Assembly (NCBI RefSeq): GCF_018350175.1
Contig: NC_058368.1
Location: 45,262,001 to 45,326,000, forward strand
From: Felis catus
Lineage: Eukaryota
DNA: 64,000 nucleotides
Direction of reading: 5' to 3'
Shown here: piece by piece, positions 51,845 through 64,000 of the stretch
Layout of the letters: every line of letters begins with the position of its first letter
Position numbering within the stretch: the stretch's first letter is position 1
Notes under the pieces: generated by a model
Databases searched by the model: none
Seen by the model: the letters and a program-made list of their open reading frames with translations, nothing else
Told to the model about the DNA's origin: nothing
Translations under genes and position numbers: made by a program

Positions 51845-52054
51845 GGGGCGCCTGGGTGGCGCAGTCGGTTAAGCGTCCGACTTCAGCCAGGTCACGATCT
51901 TGCGGTCTGTGAGTTCGAGCCCCGCGTCAGGCTCTGGGCTGATGGCTCAGAGCCTGGAGCCTGTTTCTGATTCTGTGTCTCCCTCTCTCTCTGCCCCTCC
52001 CCCGTTCATGCTCTGTCTCTCTCTGTCCCAAAAATAAATAAACGTCGAAAAAAA
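51845..52054 (+). mobile_element. Young SINEC_Fc
   Basis: Young diagnostics; A box TGGCGCAGTCGG and B box GAGTTCGAGCC intact; TSD ATTTAAATTCC at 51833-51843/52055-52065. Confidence 0.97.
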
Positions 52055-53185
52055 ATTTAAATTCCATATTATACAAATCATTTGTGTACTTGAAAAAGCA
52101 TCATCTATACCTATATGTATATCTATCTATCTACCTCCATTGGAGATCAAATACCTGCTTACTTCATTTATCTCAAATATTGTCCTAAACCACTGAAATA
52201 CTCTAGTTTATATGTACTAAATTTTATGTTTTCAATTTCAAAAGTTACTGGTTCACAGTAGATTCCAAAAAGTAAATGAATTCTTGAATAATAATCATTG
52301 TTTATATTTCCTATAATAGCAGGATTTCCTTTACCTGTAATAGCAGGATTATACTGAAAATAAATTCTAATTTTACACAGTAACAGGCCACCAGATACAA
52401 AGCTGCAAAATGTGTATTTATGGGGATCATGATCTAGCAACCACTACAAATGACCTTGAAAACCCAAAATATCATCAAACCATACGAGCACTATTGGATT
52501 TCTGTCAAAAGCATAGAATATTTAAAGAAAAATAATAGAAGATCATGGTAAGTTGCAGAAGGATATATAAGAACATTTGGCAGATCTTAGATTTATAACA
52601 TAACAGTTCTATCTTTATGAGCATAAACTAGTTAAATTGGTCTATAGCAAGTATCATAACCATTTTCCAGGACATTTAAATGGGAATATGCAACAAGGAC
52701 ACATTTTCCCTAAGGAAAGTTATAAGAAGAAAACATTTTAAGGCAAAGAATAAAGGCTATTTAGTTTGTCAAATGCATTCTTGTTCCTGTATTTCATTTT
52801 TTATTGTGCCACCTAATGATTATTTTGTGGGTTATCTAAAAAAGCCTTTCCTTGGACAACCTTGACAAACGACTTTGTAAATGTATTTAGTATCTTTAAG
52901 GGGACAACATTAATTTTTACAATGATACAGAATAGGTTTAATTTTTAAAATTACTATTTATGGTTGATGCAAAAAAAATGAATGGAAATTTTGTAGTATT
53001 GATTTTTTTTGTAACATGTATGCAAAAAAAGAAATTATTAAAGGGTGTTTATTTGATCTGGGAAGGGTATTGCTTATGACTGGGTGTGAATGCACATATG
53101 TTTATCTGTTCAGAGTATGAATGAGAAACATAAGAGAGAGGGAAGCAGCAACCTAACTTGGCGTAAGAATTTGAGAAACTTTGAT

Positions 53186-53872
53186 GTGAAGTGTTATTTT
53201 CCAAAAATTTCTGAAATCCTGTGGACAGCTGCCCCATATGGATATACTTCGTTGGGGAGAGAAGTGAGGAAATCAAGAAAACACATCTATAAATGTGGAT
53301 GGCCTTGTAACAGGTAATGTTGACTAGGAGAAAGTACATTTCCCAAATTATATTTTCTTGTATGTTTCCAATTAGGATGAACCACAAGAAATATTCATAG
53401 GAGATTTGGAGGACACAAGGGAAGCAGCAACCATTTTTTAGCTCACACACACTGTTGCTGGTCTGCTGACTCACAATGCAGTTATGAAGCAACAGTGAGG
53501 CCTGTACCTGTTCCACCATCCCCTTAAGCTCCTCTGATTCCTGGCCCACAGGTATGTATTCAGTTTTGTGGTGAAGGGATCCGGCTTCTGCAGGATACCC
53601 TGATCACCAAAGTCAGAGGCAATAAGAACTGAAACGGGGTTCAGTTCATCCTTTGGGAATACAACTTGTTCCTGAGGATTTCAGCATGCCCGTGAACTTC
53701 CCCACTTTACATCTATTTTTCCTAAATAACTGCATGCCTTGTGGACATCAAACTCCAGCTTCAGATATAGAAACAATAACTTTATACAGACTGTTTATTT
53801 AGCTCCCATGACTCCATGATTACGCATGGCCACTTCCCTGTAACAAATCCTTTTATACATACATACATATAT

Positions 53873-53932
<60 letters not shown>

Positions 53933-53961
53933 AGTTCTCTGGTTGAATGCTGACTGATACA
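53186..53961 (+). mobile_element. ERVL-class solo LTR (LTR33/LTR50-like) containing (CA)n
   Basis: Ends ...cttccctgtaacaaatcc-(TACA/CA)n-gttctctggttgaatgctgactgataca, a typical ERVL LTR terminus; 5' boundary approximate. Confidence 0.7.
53855..53932. repeat. (TACA)n(CA)~23 microsatellite
   Basis: Direct inspection. Confidence 0.97.
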
Positions 53962-54349
53962 ATCACTAATATTTTTGTTGATATCAAGTTAGAGATAAAA
54001 CAGCAGCCATAAGATGGATATAGAACAGATAACAAGCATTTAGCAAAAATAGAGCCTGAGGTGACTAGGAGAAATGATGGTCCACAGGAATCCACGAGGT
54101 GTTTTATGGTTGTGAGATAGTTCTCTCTGGATCATAGCAGGCTAAGCAACTGAGGCAGAAGTGTGAGTTGCATTCCCCCACAGCAGAAGTTCTTCATGTT
54201 TTCGTGCTTTGTTTTGCTCATTAAGACTCCAGCTTCCACAGAACCTCCTAAAAGAATGTTTTTAAAATACAAATATGATTTTAATCATGTGTTTAAAGTG
54301 ACTTCCTTTTCCAGCGATGCAGTCCAAGTACTGTAATGAGGCCCCATCT

Positions 54350-54460
54350 AATAAATAAATCTTATTTAAACATCTATTAGGTGCCAGGAAATCTGCCATA
54401 CTTTAAAGTGTTGTAAAGACAGACAAATACCTTAATCTCTTGGATGTTGCCTTCTATGAT
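54350..54460 (-). mobile_element. L2 3'-end relic
   Basis: tatttaaacatctattaggtgccagg...aagacagacaaatacc...tgccttcta. Confidence 0.55.
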
Positions 54461-54772
54461 TTTGAAGATTATATTCCTTCATAGAGAAAAAATCAACATA
54501 AAAGTATAGTCGCATATAGGTCTCTTCCAATGAAATATTTTAACAATTATTGTCTTCCTAAAGAAATAAATAATTTCCATCCTTCTGCTTTGTTCCAAAC
54601 ATAGCTAAGGTAAACCTTTTTACTATCACAATATTTTTTTAAACCTCAGGTTATTCTGCTCTTTTTGTTTGTTTGTTTGTTTTTTGTCTTTGTACTCTTT
54701 CTTATATTAAAGGTCAGTTTCGGTACTGATACTTGGTTCTATATTCTGCCATTTGTAGATGTTTTTTGTAAA

Positions 54773-56255
54773 TGTAAAGTCTAAAGGCAAATACAAATTA
54801 AAAACAAGAGGCTTAATTTTCCCAGTTGAAAATGGAAAAAGAGATTTTCCTTCTCTCTTTTTTCTTTCTCTGAGTATTTACCTTAGGAAATTTGTAATTG
54901 TAAGTATTTTCTCATCTGTTTAAAGTGTATATAAATCCTTCCAAAGATTAGCCTTTTCCTCAGCTGGCCTTTTGCCAGATTTCCAACCCATGAATTCATG
55001 CTTTATATCTCTCTCTCTCCCCCTTTAGTGATTGTTTAAATTCCCGGACTGTAGGAAAATTTAGTCAACTCTCAAAGCTTTTTTTTTTTTATTGGGATTC
55101 CTTTTCTCTTAATGTTATTTTATTGTCTTTTCTGGTGTCTCCTTGCCTGATGCCAAAACTCCTTCATTGCCATAACTTGAAGTCAACACATGGTCCTTTC
55201 TACCAGAAGAGGTTCATATATGTCGTCTACCTTGAATTTGGCTGCTTCTGACTTTGGTAATTCATATATAAATTCCATAACTGATCAATGTTGACCCATA
55301 GGTAGGGACATCTCTGTGCCTGTATTCAGCAGGAAGAAGTTATAGAAGATAAGACCTTCCATCCTTAACAACCTGAAAGATTTAAGGGTCAAAAGTATTC
55401 AGGGGAATAATGAGTAGAACAAAGGCAAAAGAAATGTAGATGAAATTAAATTCCCTTATAAGTTGTTGCCCTCTGACAAATACTCTTAGACAAGCAGAGC
55501 ATGACTATCCTCAAAGAACTCACAACTGTCTTAATGTTAATGCTTTGCTAGAGGCAAAAAGTAACCTTAACTTGACAAGAGCTAGAGCTCCAGGATCCTG
55601 TAAGTCTTCTTTAACATATGAAAATCCTTTTGGAAACTTCCTTTATCTCTATGCCTCCCAATTTAAAAGTATATAATCAATCACTCCTCACAATCCCAGT
55701 GCAGCTCTTCCTGCACACGCGTCCTGTCCATTTTGCATAGGAGAAGGAGAAATGGTAGGAGGGGTGGAATTTTTTATTCAAAAACCTGGGAGCATCTTTC
55801 AGAAATGCCAAATTAAGGGAGATACACGGGATCTCCTAGTGTCTATAATGGATAGGACCCCAGCTTACACGGGTGCTTATTTCAAGTGACAAAATTACCT
55901 CTATTATAAAGAGAGGAGAAGTTTGTTTTTCCTCCCATAAAAACAATTAACCAACACATAGTCATCCTATTAGGTAATGTTAAGAAAACCTATGCATCAC
56001 AAATGGTGCCATCAAGCCTGTCACTTGAGGACCAGTTATAATTTGTCTTGAAAACATGTATTTAATGGACTGTATCTACTTGGCTATATTAAAGGGTAAG
56101 GTTTCTTTCTGTCTCTGCAACCTTTTAGCAGGTTTCCTACAAAGTGAGTGGAATTCAGGCTTATTCAACAGCAAACTGTTTTTCTTTTTCTACTATCTTT
56201 GTGGAGAGATTTCCTGGATTGGGAGAAGACTTTGTTTTTTAATATTTCCCCAACA
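54773..56255 (+). mobile_element. MER39/MER34-like ERV1 LTR, split by an insertion (about 54997-55767)
   Basis: 5' half tgtaaag...aacaagaggcttaatt...tttaccttaggaaatttgtaattgtaa; 3' half aacctgggagcatc...tttgtggagagattt...ttccccaaca; TG...CA ends. Confidence 0.7.
55150..55730 (+). mobile_element. Carnivore ERV1 fragment: 3' internal region, PPT and CarLTR1-like LTR (55411-55730, 3'-truncated)
   Basis: cagcaggaagaagttatagaaga, then purine tract aggggaataa, then TGA LTR start; LTR motifs gctagaggcaaaaagtaacctt, aagtatataatc and gcagctcttcctgcacacgcgtcctgtcc. Confidence 0.7.
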
Positions 56256-56524
56256 AAACTCATGACTTGTTTTCCTGGGCATATACTCATTCATTTTGTT
56301 TCCTTCAGAATTGAAATTATTCTTTTTCAAAATGAAATTTTATATTTCACCTTATATGAACTTAGAGCTATGTTGTCCCTGAAAATGCTAAAGTCTCCTT
56401 TCCTAAAGTATATATGTTAATATGTTCATAATCTTGTTATTTTATTTTTAAGAAAAGTGAGATGATTTGTTCATGCCTTTAACCCTATACTAGGTTTAGG
56501 GAAGCTTCTCTGTCTCATATAGAT

Positions 56525-56690
56525 GTTTTTGTTTTTATTTTCTAACTGATATGATTGACATGTAAAAAGCAATATATATTCAATGAGTTCAGCCATGAGT
56601 ATATGCACATGAAACCATTCCCACCATTAAGGCCATAAACATATCCATCAACTCCCCAAAGATTTTTACCACCTCTTTTATTATTAGTGT

Positions 56691-56723
<33 letters not shown>

Positions 56724-58385
56724 GTAAGAACACTTATATAAACAATGCAGAATTGTTGGCTGTAGGCATTATGCTGTAGAGTAGATCTCCAGAACTTGTT
56801 TATCTAGCCTGAAACTTTGTACACTTTGACTATCGATTCTCCATTTCCTCCTTCCTCTAGTTCTTGGCAACCACAAGTCTAATCTATGCTTCTATGAGTT
56901 TGACTGTTTTAAGTTACTCGTATAAATGAGATTATATGGTTTTTGTCCATGTCTGACATTTCACTTGGCATAATGTCCACTAGGTCCATCCATATGCTGT
57001 CACAAAAGGGCAGAATTTCCTTATTTTTTATGGCTGAAATAATAAGACATGGTGTGTGCGCATGTACGTATATGTACGTATCTCATATTTTCTTTATCCT
57101 TTATTCCATTGACAGACATTTAGACTGTTTTCGTATCTTGGCTATTGGGGATAATACTGCAATGAACATGGAAGTGCAGACACCTCGTAAAGATTCTCAT
57201 GTCAATTCTTTTGGATAAATACCCAGAAGTTAAATTGCTAGATCATATGGTAGTTCTATTTTTAAATTTTGAGTAAGCTTCATATTGTTCTCCATAGTGG
57301 TTGTACCCATTTACATTGTCATCAACCATGTGTCAAGATTCTATTTTCTCCATATCCTCACCAACATTTGCTTTAAAAAAAAAATTGCCATCCTAACAGA
57401 TGTGTATATATATCTCATTTTCATTTTGATATGCATTTTCCTGATTATTAGTGATGTTGAACACATTTTAATTTACTTGGTGGCCATTTATACGTCTTCT
57501 TTGAAAACAAATTATTTATTCAGGTCCTTTACCTATTTCTTAAATTTGGTTATAATTTTTTTTTTTGCTATTGAATTGTATGAGCTCTTTATATGTTTTG
57601 GATATTAATGCCTTATTTGCTACATGGTTTGCAAATATTTTCTACTGTTCCATAGACTGCTTTTTCATTTTGTTGATAGTTTCCTTTGTGGGGAAGAAGC
57701 TCTTTAGTTTGATGTAATCTTATTATTTATTTTGCTTTTTTTTATCTGTACTTTTGGGGTCATATCCAAAAATTCATTGCCAGGACCAATGCTCCAGAAG
57801 GAATTTTTTTCCGTTTTCTTCTACGAGTTTTATGGTTTCAAGTCTTAATTTTAAGTCTTCTATCTATTTTGAATTGATTTCTGTGTATTGTATAAGATAG
57901 GGGTGCATTTTAATATTTTTGCATGTGGTTACCCAGTTTTGTTATCTGGTTTTTAAAGCACGATTTATTAAAAAGGCATTTTTTCCCCATTTTGTATTCT
58001 TGGCACCCTTGAGGAAGAGATTAATTGACCATGTATGCATGGATTTCATTCTGGGGTCTCTGTTCTCTTCCACTATTCTTTGTGTCTATTTTTATACCAG
58101 TATAAACACTGTACTGATTAATACAGGTTTGTAATGTAATTGAAATCAAGAGGTGTAATGCCTCCAGCTTTCTTCTTATTATTCAACATTGCTTTGGCTA
58201 TTCAGTATCTTTTGTGGTCCCAGTTGAATTTTAGGATTTCTTTTTTCTATTTCTATGAAAAGTGTCATTGGAATTTTGATAGGAAATACACTGAACCTTT
58301 ATCATTTTGAATGGTATGGATATTTTAGCAATATTAATTATCCATGAACACAGGATATCCTTCCATTTATCTGTGCCTTCTTTAA
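56525..58385 (-). mobile_element. L1MA8/9-like L1, 5'-truncated
   Basis: Antisense 3'UTR (gtggtaagaacactta, gtagatctccagaactt) and antisense ORF2 (gatcatatggtagttctatttttaa, gcctccagctttc, ttggaattttgatagg). Confidence 0.93.
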
Positions 58386-58723
58386 GAGAAACATCAATAA
58401 TTTGTATGCCTGGCCAGATAATCTGACCTCAGGTAGGGTATAACTTTTATGTCTGTAAAAAGTTGTTAGCTGACTCAAACAAAATTATATCTGCTATATA
58501 GGGTTTGGGGGCAATTCAGATGTTCAATTATAGAAAATATATGAAAATGGACCCTTGGGCTTCTTGCAAATTCAAAGGAGATACTTGAAGCTGATAATTA
58601 ACAATATATTTACAGGCATTCATTGTTATCTGTCAATCCTTTGGTTTTATAGATCGTTTTAGGTTCAATTTTATAAAATTATGGTAGGAAAGTGTTTTGA
58701 AGCTACATCACATTTCAACATAA

Positions 58724-58766
58724 ACACACACACACACACGCACACACACACAGACAAACACACACA
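58724..58766. repeat. Interrupted (CA)n microsatellite
   Basis: Direct inspection. Confidence 0.93.
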
Positions 58767-59308
58767 GTCTAATCCTTGAAAATTTAGAGGATGGAAACCA
58801 AAAAAGAAATATTATAATAATAAACATATTTTTGTTCAAAATTGAATAACCAATTAGCCAGTTAGTATATAGTCAGGTTAGAACATATGCTAATGTGGGA
58901 AAATTTAAAGATTTCATTCTCACAGAAGACTATTAGCTTTGTTTTATTTTGTGTTATGCACCAGCACCCAGCCAACCAACTAACAAATATATAACATTAA
59001 TAACATTAATAACAACTGCTGGAGTATGAAGAAATGGCTAGATCTCCCCAAGTCCAAGGCCTATAATCAGTTATACAAAAGAAAATAAGTCATATTATAA
59101 GTCTTATTGCTAACTGTTTACTAATATAAATTTTCTCTTCTAAATTGTAATGAATATATGAGGGACATGGGATTTGAAGACATTTTTTAATAATTGCATT
59201 AATTTCTAAGTATTATATTTTTCTTTGCTAGAGAATTTTAAGCTTAATTAAGTTATAACCTTTGGGCTGGATGGTTTTAAGGTAGCCCTTGAAAAAGTGG
59301 GAATTTAA

Positions 59309-59517
59309 GGGGTACCTAGGTGGCTCAGTCGGTTAAGCATCTGACTTCAGCTCAGGTCATGATCTCACAGTTAGGTACGTGAGTTCGAGCCCCGTGTCAG
59401 ACTCTGTGCTGACAGCTCAGATCCTGAAGACTGCTTCGGATTTTGTGTCTCCCTCCCTCTCTGCCCATCCCCCACTCATGCTTTGTCTCTCAAAAATAAA
59501 TAAATGTTAATTTTTTT
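59309..59517 (+). mobile_element. SINEC_Fc2-like SINE
   Basis: TSD AAAAGTGGGAATTTAA at 59293-59308/59518-59533. Confidence 0.96.
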
Positions 59518-59660
59518 AAAAGTGGGAATTTAATGGGATTGGGCAAGTTTTATGACCTAATAGCTCAGGATGAGGATGAAGGCTGCAAGGCAGGAATTTT
59601 GAAGCAGGTCTTGATGAGCTAGAGGTTTATTGGTTTAGTTATAATAAAGAAGCTGTGGTC

Positions 59661-59885
59661 AGGGTGCCTGGGTGACTCAATTGGTTAAGCATTTGACTCT
59701 TGAACTCTTGATGTCAGGTCAGGTCATGATCTCATGGTTCCTGAATTTGTGACCTGTGTCAGGCTCTGTGCTGACAGCATGAAGTCTGCTTCAAATTCTC
59801 TGTCTCCCTCTATCTCTGCCCCTCCCTGCTCATACTCTCCCTTTCTCTCAAAAATTAATAAAGAAACATTAAAAAAAAAGAAAAA
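59661..59885 (+). mobile_element. CAN-SINE (older type)
   Basis: Head, body, CT tract and A tail; degenerate TSD aagaa(g/a)ct(g)tggt. Confidence 0.93.
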
Positions 59886-60062
59886 AGAAACTTGGTAAAA
59901 AAAAACCAAAAAAGCAATTTTGGATATTTTATAGGTTATCCCACTGGAAAAAAAAAAGTTTTCTGAAAAAAAAGTTATTTTTTGCTTGGTCTCACATATG
60001 TAGAATTTTGTGCTTGGTTAACCCTAACTTTGAAGTGGTTTCAATTCAAAGAAATGGAAATA

Positions 60063-60292
60063 GGGGTGCCTGGGTGGCTCAGTGGGTTGGGTGGTTGGGC
60101 GTCTGACTTCGGCTAAGGTCATGATCTCGCGGTCTGTGAGTTCGAGCCCCACGTCAGGCTCTGTGCTGAAAGCTTAGAGCCTGGAGCCTGTTTCAGATTC
60201 TGTGTCTCCCTCTCTCTCTGACTTTCCCCCATTCATGTTCTGTCTCTCTCCATCTCAAAAATGAATAAACATTAAAAAAAATAAAAAAAAGA
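60063..60292 (+). mobile_element. SINEC_Fc2-like SINE
   Basis: TSD AAAGAAATG(G/A)AAATA at 60048-60062/60293-60307. Confidence 0.96.
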
Positions 60293-60642
60293 AAAGAAAT
60301 GAAAATAGTTTTAAAAAATGTCAGAATATAAGATATCAGGATTCACGCAATATTTTATACTGAATGTTTTTCTTCCCTGAGTTATAGGCAAGAGAATAAC
60401 TACCAGGAAAATCATTTCCAATTTTATAGACTGTTTGCTTCAGGGTTTCTTCCAATATCGATATTGTAAGTAGGTAAACAAGAAACATATGCACACAAAC
60501 AAAAATAACAAAAGAGAATCATATTGAGTTGCAATATTACTACCGGGCATGAAGTAAAAGGGCGAAAGCTTCATTTCACTTAGGCTTCTGAGTCACAGAC
60601 AACAGAATCTAATGTAATATTTTTTAAAGGATATCTTACAGC

Positions 60643-61232
60643 GTATTAGTTTGTGTACCCTGTTTTGGAAAAGACCAGATAAACACGGTTCAGTGCTGTA
60701 CTATCAGTAACGAGGGTGGTCCAACAAACCTTTAAGGCAAATTTATATGAATTAGAAATAAATTCCCTCTGAGCAGACACAACTCTATGAACACATATCT
60801 TGGCAAAGGCATACAGAGAGATTAATAGCATGGCCTAAAACTTACACAAGGCAGCAACCTGAGAATGACACAACTAGAAGTGCCAAAGTAACTGAGGCAG
60901 TTCTAAAGGAAACCCCACTAAACTAATGCCTATTACCTGACCCCTAGAACCAGAGCCAGAATAAGAAATTCTTTGCTAGAGCTACCCTAAGGGAAACTAA
61001 TGTTTGTACCACACCTTCTTATGTAGAGTCATCATGCCACAATACTCAATTCTGCCTGCCAAGTCTCATGTGAATACATCCATTTGGCTTAACTGAAGTC
61101 ACAGGGTGAGTCTTTGTGTAAAGGAATCTGGGTTTTTTATTTCTTGAGAGTTCAGACACAATGGTAAAGGAAGGCTAAGGAGAAGGGGTCTGGAGTGGGT
61201 GTCACGTGAGCTAATTTGCAGAATCTCACCTA
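60643..61232 (-). mobile_element. Old MaLR LTR (MLT1M/MLT1N2-like)
   Basis: ccaagtctcatgtgaatacatccatttggc...gtcacagg...aaggaatctggg resembles the antisense MLT1L/M/N motif; boundaries approximate. Confidence 0.5.
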
Positions 61233-61468
61233 GCATTTATCCAGAAACCATCCACCGAGAGTCGGCTATAGTTCAACCACTGGTCTAGGGATATACTTGA
61301 AAAGCTCATAGTCAGTAATACAAAAAGTTTTTGTTCAAAAGATGGGAGCTCATCTTATTTAACGGCATGTTTAAATTTTACAAATTAATTGTCAGTAATT
61401 TTATATGCGTTCACTCTTCTCACACGCAATTTAACATAAATTGTATATATTTTAAGAAAGTCATCAGA

Positions 61469-61760
61469 TGAGCACTTGGTGCTATATGTAAGTGATGAAT
61501 CACTAAACTCCACTCCTGAAACCAATATTATATTGTGTGTTCATAGGATTTAAATAAAAACTTGAGGGGCACCTGGGTGGCTCAGTCGGTTGGGCAACTA
61601 ACTTCCGCTCAGGTCATGATCTCATGGTCTGTGGGTTCGAGCTCCATGTTGGGCTCTGTGTCTCCCTCTTTCTCTTCTCCTCCCCTCCTTGTGTTCTATC
61701 AAAAATAAATAAACATTATTTTTTTTAAATAAACACTTTTAACATGAAAAAGAGAAAAAA
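61469..61760 (+). mobile_element. L1 3'-tip insertion (about 130 bp), interrupted by a SINE
   Basis: tgagcacttggtgctatatgtaagtgatgaatcactaaactcc matches 43517-43600; TSD AAGAA(A/G)GTCATCAGA at 61454-61468/61761-61775. Confidence 0.9.
61566..61725 (+). mobile_element. SINEC_Fc2-like SINE, internally deleted, nested in the L1 tip
   Basis: Head present; TSD TAAATAAA(A/C)ACTT at 61551-61563/61726-61738. Confidence 0.93.
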
Positions 61761-62321
61761 AAGAAGGTCATCAGAATTTTACAATGACTCATGATTGTAT
61801 GTGTATACAAATTTCATTTCCCCTTTTTCCAAAAGTTTCTCTTTTGACTCATTACTTGAGGCCATCTCTTACTTCTAAAGGATTCCTTCTTCCTATGTGA
61901 GGAGATAATTAGGCACACTTTACATTTTTTAAAAGAGATTTAGTAATACAGAGGTTACAATAATGAGTCGATGCACACAACAGTGGCATGTACTTAATAC
62001 TCTTATGACTTTTCTTCATTCTAATCTTGTACTCCCATATTTCCTTGAGATCATTCTTAGATTATCACTTATTTGCTCTACCATCTTATAACCCATGAAA
62101 TTACAGAGAAAACTTTGAAATACCTTGAATTTTGAACTGCTTTATTTTATGCAGGATTTTAGCTACTTTAAAATTTCATATGAATAGCTTTGTAGAAATA
62201 CTAATACCAAGTTGTGAAATAAGATCTAGTGGTTGTTGTTGTTGTTTTTCAAAATTCTCTCTTAACCCAAATCCCTCTAATAAGGACCTTGTTTAAAAGA
62301 TATGCATTAAAAACTTTGTCA

Positions 62322-62520
62322 GGGGCACCTAGGTGGCTCAGTTAGTTAAGCGTCCGACTTTGGCTCAGGCCATGATCTCATGGTTCATGAGTTTGAGCCC
62401 CTGCATTGGGCTCTGTGCTGACAGCTCAGAGCCTGGAGCCTGCTTCAGATTCTGTCTCCCGCTCTCTGCCCCTCCCCCACTCAACTCTCTCTCTTAAAAA
62501 TAAATAAACATTAAAAAACA
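62322..62520 (+). mobile_element. SINEC_Fc2-like SINE
   Basis: ggggcacctaggtggctcag head through ctcagagcctggagcctgcttcagattc to the A tail. Confidence 0.95.
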
Positions 62521-63931
62521 AAACTTACTCTGTCAATAAAAGACATTGGGAAAAATAGTATTTTGTTTTTTAATTAAAGTTTTCCATTTCTGTAGCTTAA
62601 ACAGAATTGTGTTTGAAGGCAGGCATCAGAAGGTAAATCAAGTAACAGGAGTTCTAAACTCAAAATTCTAAAATGTTATACTCTTTTTATACAATTTTTA
62701 AAAGAACAAAGTTTAAAAGGGATACTCCAAATCATTTCTGTTTTAATACTTAAAAATTATATGCTATTTTTGCATGTTACCATTCAGTCCCTAAAGTGCA
62801 CAAACCATGCAGGGCCAAGAAAATCATTTGATTGGTTAATCAAGACTTTTATAGAAAAATATTGACTTCAGACACAGTTATCTACCATTGAATGTCAAAT
62901 TTCCCTACATCTTCTACTTCCTTTATGCCACTGATGTCTCTTTCCTTATATCCATCTCATAGTAACTGACATGTTCCACTTTAAAATGATAGTCATTAAA
63001 ATGTGTCTGGGAAGGTCTATAATAAAAACACATCAATTTTTTTCAAGTCTGATACCACCTGTCAGGTATCACGTTAACGTGAATGTGTTCACAACAAATT
63101 AAATAACTATAAAAATACAAATATGATTTGAAAACTATAACCCTTTTACTGACTGCCCTAATTGCAATGTTTCATGATTTAAAAAAAATTATACCTACGC
63201 AAATTTTCTTTAAATATATATGCAAACACAAAGGAGATTTTTGTTTTCATTTTCAATGCTAAAATGTTTGGGTCTCAGTTTTTTGTTTTTTTAAATGAGG
63301 GCTCTAAATTTCCCAAAGCCTTTGTATTACTGGCAGTACAAAAATTGACAGCTTACATTAAGAGGTGTCTTTTTAGCTTAGTGGTTAGAAAGATAGTCTT
63401 GTGGGTCAGGCAAGCATAAATTAAATCAATATTTTGCAAAATTTCCTTGTAGCCTTTATTTCCCTTCATATTTCTAACTTGTCAAAAATCACTTCCTCTT
63501 TTTTTTAGGACAGTGACTGAAAAAAATGTATGTCTAATTCACAATTAATGAATTCTTTTGTCAAATATCAAAATGGAAAGTTAATCTTAATTTTGAACTA
63601 ACATCAAAACACTGAATTTTCCATTCAACCTGAGTGTATTTACTTCTTTGCTTTTCTGCCAGAAGTTACTTTCCTATTTTGCATTAAAACTTACAGATGT
63701 CCTCAAGAACTTTCCTACGTGAGAATTGGTATATTGGAAAACAGTGATATATTGGAAAACACACATTTCCTGTATGTATGACCTAAATAAATGTTTTCCA
63801 TTGGGCTAAATAAAAATATAAATGTATTTTATATATATTTATATGTAAAAAAGTATATATTAGCTACATTTTATGAGGTTTTTAAATTCCATTTGTGTGT
63901 GTGTGTGTGTTTGAGCTAAATGTTTTCCACT

Positions 63932-64000
63932 TATAAGTGTTGAATCATTATATCGTACACCTGAAACTAATATTACACTGTACATTAACTAGAATTTAAA
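63932..64000 (+). mobile_element. L1 3'-tip (runs off the window end)
   Basis: tataagtgttgaatcattatatcgtacacctgaaactaatattacactgtacattaactagaatttaaa matches the L1 termini at 11400-11470 and 43535-43605. Confidence 0.88.

Noticed and set aside
52310..52350. 17-bp direct repeat CCT(A/G)TAATAGCAGGATT; similar TATATTGGAAAACA x2 at about 63730-63760
   Set aside because: Ordinary short tandem duplications; only two copies each and no spacer array, so not CRISPR-like.
53049..53549. 166-aa minus-strand ORF
   Set aside because: It lies largely antisense within an ERVL-type LTR and shows no protein similarity I recognise.
63050..63082. Overlapping palindromes TGATACC..GGTATCA and TCACGTTAACGTGA
   Set aside because: Several 14-bp perfect palindromes are expected by chance in 64 kb, and there is no other support.
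1..64000. Prokaryotic-type systems (CRISPR arrays, operons, defence islands)
   Set aside because: The sequence is clearly mammalian repeat-rich DNA with no dense ORFs or repeat-spacer arrays.

Overview
AT-rich, CpG-poor mammalian DNA from a cat-family (Felidae) genome. The evidence is about 25 CAN-SINEs, including SINEC_Fc-type copies, plus L1_Fc/carnivore L1 3' ends. The window looks like a gene desert or the interior of a very large intron. I found no credible protein-coding exon, RNA gene or CpG island. The listed ORFs are short and come from SINE, L1, LTR, microsatellite or AT-rich sequence. Recognisable content: about 25 tRNA-derived SINEs (many with readable TSDs), about 13 L1 fragments, L2 and MIR relics, MaLR/ERVL/ERV1 LTR elements, hAT MITEs and microsatellites. 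I found no evidence for a new biological system. The most notable structures are: a twin-primed (5'-inverted) L1 at about 40-42 kb; a probable 130-bp inversion inside an MLT1 internal region; two SINEs stacked at one triplicated target site; ultra-short retro-insertions bounded by TSDs; nested ERV and SINE-in-L1 insertions; and repeat-free stretches with clustered homeodomain/PBX-type motifs that may be conserved enhancers. Repeat subfamily names come from recalled consensus sequences and need RepeatMasker/Dfam confirmation.
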